Notes under the pieces: model-generated
The model's database searches: none
Told to the model about the DNA's origin: nothing
Seen by the model: only the letters and a program-made list of their open reading frames with translations
Position numbers and translations under genes: made by a program
DNA from: a virus
Length of the DNA stretch: 61,108 nucleotides
Virus record (IMG/VR): IMGVR_UViG_3300045988_115760
Reading direction: 5' to 3' (one strand)
Shown here: piece by piece, positions 57,250 through 61,108 of the stretch
Layout of the letters: the number at the start of each line of letters is the position of its first letter
How positions within the stretch are numbered: the stretch's first letter is position 1

Positions 57250-57759
57250 TTATCTGAGTACATTGGCTCGTAGCACCTCTTCCGAGGTTACGGGCCAATG
57301 CCTATATTTATCCAAAAGGACGGCAAGTGAGTGTAGATCATGGTTTGACGGCAACATCGTTTGGACGGAAGGCCATGCATATTCCTCGATGAACCACTCA
57401 TCGAACCAACATTCAAGGTACAGGCGTTTCCCGAGTCCGTTGTATACAGCGTACTTTAGTTCGATCATTTCTTGGCCTGTCCGTGCGGCAAAAGGTTTGC
57501 CCCTGTATTGGAGCACATATCCGTCGCTAGTGGATTTCTCCCAGTGGTTATCGTATTTGGCGCAATCAATGATTCTGGTGGTTGTGTCTACGAGAGCCGT
57601 GAACTTTTCCCCCCTAAAGATACGCCGAAGAGGCAGGGGATCATATGTGTGGACTTTTCTTTGCGAATTACCGGTAATAATTATTCCGGTGGTTCCTTTC
57701 GGGACAATCAAATCCCTCAAATACTGCGCATACTTAGCGGAATATTTCAGCTCGTTCAC
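57250..57759 (-). CDS. Hypothetical protein (169 aa) in a low-GC segment; accessory gene
   Basis: Intact ORF; visibly AT-richer than the core genome; no motif recognised. Confidence 0.6.
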   Translation of the reverse strand: MNELKYSAKYAQYLRDLIVPKGTTGIIITGNSQRKVHTYDPLPLRRIFRGEKFTALVDTTTRIIDCAKYDNHWEKSTSDGYVLQYRGKPFAARTGQEMIELKYAVYNGLGKRLYLECWFDEWFIEEYAWPSVQTMLPSNHDLHSLAVLLDKYRHWPVTSEEVLRANVLR

Positions 57760-57869
57760 TTATTCAGTATAAGCATAGGGCTTGCTTTTTCTATGTCAAC
57801 GAATATCTATATCCGGTCACTTCCAAGATACAATTAGACTATTAACTCGACAAAGAGAAGAGGATTATA

Positions 57870-58463
57870 ATGAGTTCGTCAGAAAACCAGAATGTCTGCT
57901 ATCCGGAAACATCAAATTTACCGCTGCAATCAACTTCGCCTCAAACCGCAGCACAAATACAGTATAGACAAGTTCCATACACGCCCCAGCGGCTGACGCC
58001 GCAGTCGGAATACCAGATACCTTCCCAGCGTAGTCAGCATAAGAAACCGGCACACACTATCACGTTGAAGATATGGCAGTTCGTCCTTTGTCTTTTGGGA
58101 GCCGCGGCTGCGAGCCCTCTCCTGATTATCGTAATTGCGGGATTCGTGATAATGATTCAGGGTTATACGGGAGCGGTATCTTCTCCTACGGGTACCATCG
58201 GCAAGATAGCCAGCGAATGCGATGTTCCCGTCAACGAGGGTGGGGAGATCGTATACCAATTCAGAACCATGGGCGCGCAAGACCAATTCGATAAGGGGAT
58301 ATGCGTACTCGATAAATATCCAGGTGGAGAACCCGATTACGCCACCAATACGTCGGGGTCATTGGAGAAGAACGGCGTCGTCTATGAGTGGTCGGTTCTT
58401 GTAAACGACGGGAACTCCCTTGGTACCGACTATATGGCCACCTTGTATATCCATGAAAAATAA
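57870..58463 (+). CDS. Membrane-anchored protein (197 aa); candidate superinfection-exclusion factor
   Basis: Gln/Pro/Ser-rich N-terminus, one TM segment (IWQFVLCLLGAAAASPLLIIVIAGFVIMI), extracytoplasmic C-terminal domain; low GC. Confidence 0.6.
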   Translation: MSSSENQNVCYPETSNLPLQSTSPQTAAQIQYRQVPYTPQRLTPQSEYQIPSQRSQHKKPAHTITLKIWQFVLCLLGAAAASPLLIIVIAGFVIMIQGYTGAVSSPTGTIGKIASECDVPVNEGGEIVYQFRTMGAQDQFDKGICVLDKYPGGEPDYATNTSGSLEKNGVVYEWSVLVNDGNSLGTDYMATLYIHEK

Positions 58464-58468
58464 CGATT

Positions 58469-58505
58469 GGTCTCGTTCTCCTGTATTGGAGAACGAGACC
58501 ATTTT
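58469..58505. terminator. Bidirectional intrinsic terminator
   Basis: ggtctcgttctcc-tgtatt-ggagaacgagacc, then atttt; lies between convergent genes. Confidence 0.75.
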
Positions 58506-58527
58506 GTATACCACTACAATATGATGG

Positions 58528-59031
58528 TCAGGTGTGTTTCCTAGTGGAGGGCCATACCTCATGGTTCGGGTCCCACCAGAGTATATGGAACTCATTGCCT
58601 ACAAGGAAACCGTACAGGCGTTCGGTTCCGCCCAAGCGGAACCGGGCCAACGCATCGCCTTCGCGTTCATAGTATTTCGCCAGCCGGTCCTGTGGCGTCT
58701 GGTTGGGGCATTGGGTGAAATCAGGGTAGCAGGTGAACGCTTGATATGAGGGGCTAATGATCTCGCCCACCGTCGCCTTTTCGAAGTCACGCATCTTCAA
58801 CAGCAGCAGTCGATGCTCCTCGTCGCTCATGTGCGCGAGCGACCATGGACAGTCGGCCTCAAGGTCAACGCAGTCGAAACGGAATACGATGCGACGGTTC
58901 ACGGAATCCTTGGGAATCTCCGTGGCGGATTCGGGGACATGATAGCTTTTCGCCACGTGATGCGCGGGCACATGTTTTGAAGAGCTCGGAGCTTTGGCCT
59001 TGATGCTCTTGGTTTTGCTGCGGTGGCCCAC
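58528..59031 (-). CDS. Uncharacterised partner of the Panacea-domain protein; candidate toxin (167 aa, GTG start)
   Basis: TAGTG stop/start overlap with the upstream gene; basic N-terminal tail; C-terminal RLYGFLVGNEFHILWWDPNHEV resembles a RelE/ParE-type terminal strand pattern (weak). Confidence 0.55.
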   Translation of the reverse strand: MGHRSKTKSIKAKAPSSSKHVPAHHVAKSYHVPESATEIPKDSVNRRIVFRFDCVDLEADCPWSLAHMSDEEHRLLLLKMRDFEKATVGEIISPSYQAFTCYPDFTQCPNQTPQDRLAKYYEREGDALARFRLGGTERLYGFLVGNEFHILWWDPNHEVWPSTRKHT

Positions 59032-59468
59032 TAGTCGGTAAGGCTCCCATAGTATTCGGCCATGGCCGCTTCAGTTATCTCGGTGTTGCAGATGGCTCCC
59101 TGCGGGAGATCGCCTCGCGCATCCCTCCACGGGCGTTCGCTGTGGGTAAGCTCGCTGAGCTGGTAGGCTCCCATTTTCCCGTAGGCATTCAACACCGCGT
59201 CTATGGTGCTGGTGCCGTCTTCGTCTATGTTCGACGGGTCGCCGTGAATATCGCCGCGCGTGATCTTGAACATGCCCTTGTGCGCATGGTATAGGTCGGG
59301 GCACACCGGGCCGTTGGCCCATGCCTCGAATCGCTCGGGGAACAGACGCCGTTCATCCCATACGAGGGACCATGCCTGTGAATAGTAGCAGAGCTTTTCC
59401 AGCTTCATGGTGGTCATGACGCCGAGCTTGTCCAGCACGTAAGCGGCCACGTCGAATATGCTTGTCAT
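59031..59468 (-). CDS. Panacea / DUF4065 (SocA-like) domain protein; candidate antitoxin
   Basis: MKLEKLCYYSQAWSLVWDERRLFPERFEAWANGPVCPDLYHAHK matches the family pattern KLqKLlYy.q...L......lF...feAW..GPV...lY. Confidence 0.72.
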   Translation of the reverse strand: MTSIFDVAAYVLDKLGVMTTMKLEKLCYYSQAWSLVWDERRLFPERFEAWANGPVCPDLYHAHKGMFKITRGDIHGDPSNIDEDGTSTIDAVLNAYGKMGAYQLSELTHSERPWRDARGDLPQGAICNTEITEAAMAEYYGSLTD

Positions 59469-59558
59469 GGTGCGCCTCCGTAACGTTCCTTCCGCTGGAC
59501 ATTCAAGGTGATTAACTTACTCTTCCATTGTATGGCCGGCAAGTTTCGGCGCGCCAGT

Positions 59559-60950
59559 TCACGCCTTCCATTCGATCTGCTTCAGACCGAGCTCGTCGCC
59601 TATCGTCTCCATGCCTCGCATCAAATCCTCTACCGGCACGGTGCGGTAATGCTCGCTCATTTCCACGGACGAATGGCCAACGATGCGTTGGATGATGCCG
59701 GGATCAACCTTCATGTGGAACAGGAGCGATACGACGGAATTGCGGCATTCATGCCCGTACCGGTTCTCGTAGTCGGGGATGCCCGCCCTGCGCATGAGGT
59801 CGCGGAAACCGGCCCTGTCATCCAACGCGGCCAACGGCATACCCTCGCGCGTCCTGAATATCAGGTTGTACGGGTTCGGGATGATATTCTCCGTGGCCTC
59901 CAGATACCGGTGCACGACGGTGCCCAACTGGGGGATTATCGGCACGACCTTGCCTCTCGCGGACTTCGGCGGCGTCAAAGCGTACCCCTTGCACAGGTGT
60001 ATCATGTCGTATCCGTCCGGCACCCTCCACCGGTATCGGGGGCAGCTCGAAGGCCGTTTGAAGCCGCACGGGTATCTTCCGTCCCTGCCGGGCTCCCCGC
60101 ACCCATGCTCCTTGTCGAGGCTTTCCAGTTTCCAGTTCACCGTGTAGGTGCCTATCCATATCTCGCCGCTGTCCGGGGTTTCCAACGTCTCGTCCCGCCA
60201 CAGGTCGAGATCGTCCAACGTGGCTCCCAGTATCTCCCCCTGCCTCATGCCGGTGAGCAGACGCCACCATTGGCGTGCCCCCAGAAACAGGTCGTCGGAG
60301 GACGCGTCGAGCATGTCCTGCATCTGCTCCACGGTGAACGCCTTGCGGTCCTGCGTGCCGCTGCGCCTGTCCGCCGACACGGCCACGGGCCCGTTGATGG
60401 TGCGCCGGTCCCCGGCCAATCCCGTGTCCCTGCGTTTCGGCCTTGCCGCGCTGGTGACCGGACTGGTGGGTATCAGCCGGTCGGCCACCGCCGCCTTGAA
60501 TATCTGGTTAAGGATGTTGTAGAAGCCAAGCTGCCGGTTGTACGAGCATGGGGTGCCGTCGAGGTTGCGCATGTTGGCTATCATGCGCTGCACCGCCGAG
60601 GCGGTCACTTCGCCCAGCTTCTCGTTCGCGTACTTGCACAGGTGCACGCTTATGAGGCTCGCGTAGTTGTTGATGGACTTGGGTTTCAGGTCGCGTCGTT
60701 TCAGCTCGAACCATCGTTCCGCGTACTCGCCGAGCCGGGTGGCGCGGTCTACGCCCATGCCCCATTCGGTTTTCTCCTTGAGGGCTTCGGCTATTTTCCT
60801 GTCGCATTCCTTGTAGGTCTTGGCGGACACCCATCGGCCGTCCACCTTGGCCTGCCAGTTCACGTATGTCTTTACCGTGCCGTCCTTGAGTGTTTTCCGC
60901 TGCTCGTGGCGGATGGGGTAGACCGCTCCGGTTTTCCTTATCCTAGGCAT
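59559..60950 (-). CDS. int: Tyrosine integrase (463 aa)
   Basis: C-terminal catalytic pattern HECRNS...IVGHSSVEMSEHY; lies adjacent to the repeat-rich att-like region. Confidence 0.9.
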   Translation of the reverse strand: MPRIRKTGAVYPIRHEQRKTLKDGTVKTYVNWQAKVDGRWVSAKTYKECDRKIAEALKEKTEWGMGVDRATRLGEYAERWFELKRRDLKPKSINNYASLISVHLCKYANEKLGEVTASAVQRMIANMRNLDGTPCSYNRQLGFYNILNQIFKAAVADRLIPTSPVTSAARPKRRDTGLAGDRRTINGPVAVSADRRSGTQDRKAFTVEQMQDMLDASSDDLFLGARQWWRLLTGMRQGEILGATLDDLDLWRDETLETPDSGEIWIGTYTVNWKLESLDKEHGCGEPGRDGRYPCGFKRPSSCPRYRWRVPDGYDMIHLCKGYALTPPKSARGKVVPIIPQLGTVVHRYLEATENIIPNPYNLIFRTREGMPLAALDDRAGFRDLMRRAGIPDYENRYGHECRNSVVSLLFHMKVDPGIIQRIVGHSSVEMSEHYRTVPVEDLMRGMETIGDELGLKQIEWKA

Positions 60951-60963
60951 TCAACATCCTTCA

Positions 60964-60985
60964 TTCTCCAACATTCTCCAACAAA
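60964..60985. repeat. Second copy of the 22-bp repeat ttctccaacattctccaacaaa (see 124..145)
   Basis: Read directly, 14 bp upstream of the int start codon. Confidence 0.8.
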
Positions 60986-61084
60986 CAATCCGTGGCGAAT
61001 GGTATTCCAATGGTATACCAATCGTATCAAATCGTTGGAATTCCGCCGTTCTTTCCGTGGGGGCCGTTGATTTCATTATATGTT

Positions 61085-61108
61085 ACTGGATGTGGAAGGT
61101 GTGCTGAA
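61085..61108. repeat. Terminal direct repeat, identical to 1..24
   Basis: actggatgtggaaggtgtgctgaa. Confidence 0.9.

Overview
The window is a complete, circularly closed temperate siphovirus-type phage or prophage genome of about 61.1 kb. The same 24 bp occurs at both window ends. The DNA is high-GC and looks actinobacterial, possibly Bifidobacterium-like; that host assignment is inferred only from composition and gene content. Reading direction for most genes is the minus strand. Layout: (i) a late operon at 29.1 -> 2.4 kb. It runs five tRNAs, HNH endonuclease, TerS, TerL, portal, MuF-like head protein, scaffold, decoration-position protein, lambda-E-like major capsid, connectors, major tail protein, tail chaperones with a canonical -1 frameshift, a 1612-aa tape measure, Dit-position protein and a 1.3-kaa tail fibre. 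It ends with three paralogous small tail-associated genes and a lysis cassette (TM protein, signal-peptide GH25-LysM endolysin, holin). (ii) An early operon at 53.6 -> 37.7 kb with RecE/Cas4-like exonuclease, Erf, SSB, HNH, MazG, Lar-like proteins, a PD-(D/E)XK resolvase-like nuclease, DUF3310, a replisome organiser with internal iterons, a Bro-N/KilAC antirepressor and an orphan radical-SAM enzyme. (iii) A lysogeny module at 55.3-61.0 kb with Cro-like and CI-like XRE repressors, ImmA protease, accessory genes, a Panacea-type TA pair and a tyrosine integrase, next to a probable attP. (iv) A 7.5-kb rightward block (30.0-37.5 kb) of 17-18 small ORFs, including a RelB/DinJ-MazF pair. The least ordinary observations are listed here. 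Four aberrant tRNA-like RNAs lie outside the tRNA array: two sit after small genes and two bracket an SPFH/Band-7 moron. A strongly strand-skewed GT-rich non-coding block with GTGGTGG repeats is closed by two minus-strand terminators upstream of the late operon. A G10 tract controls the 3' end of a tail-associated gene. The tail fibre has an abruptly low-GC C-terminal module. An orphan radical-SAM gene is coupled to a tandem Lar-like zinc-ribbon gene. All family calls come from motifs read by eye; no searches or folding programs were run.
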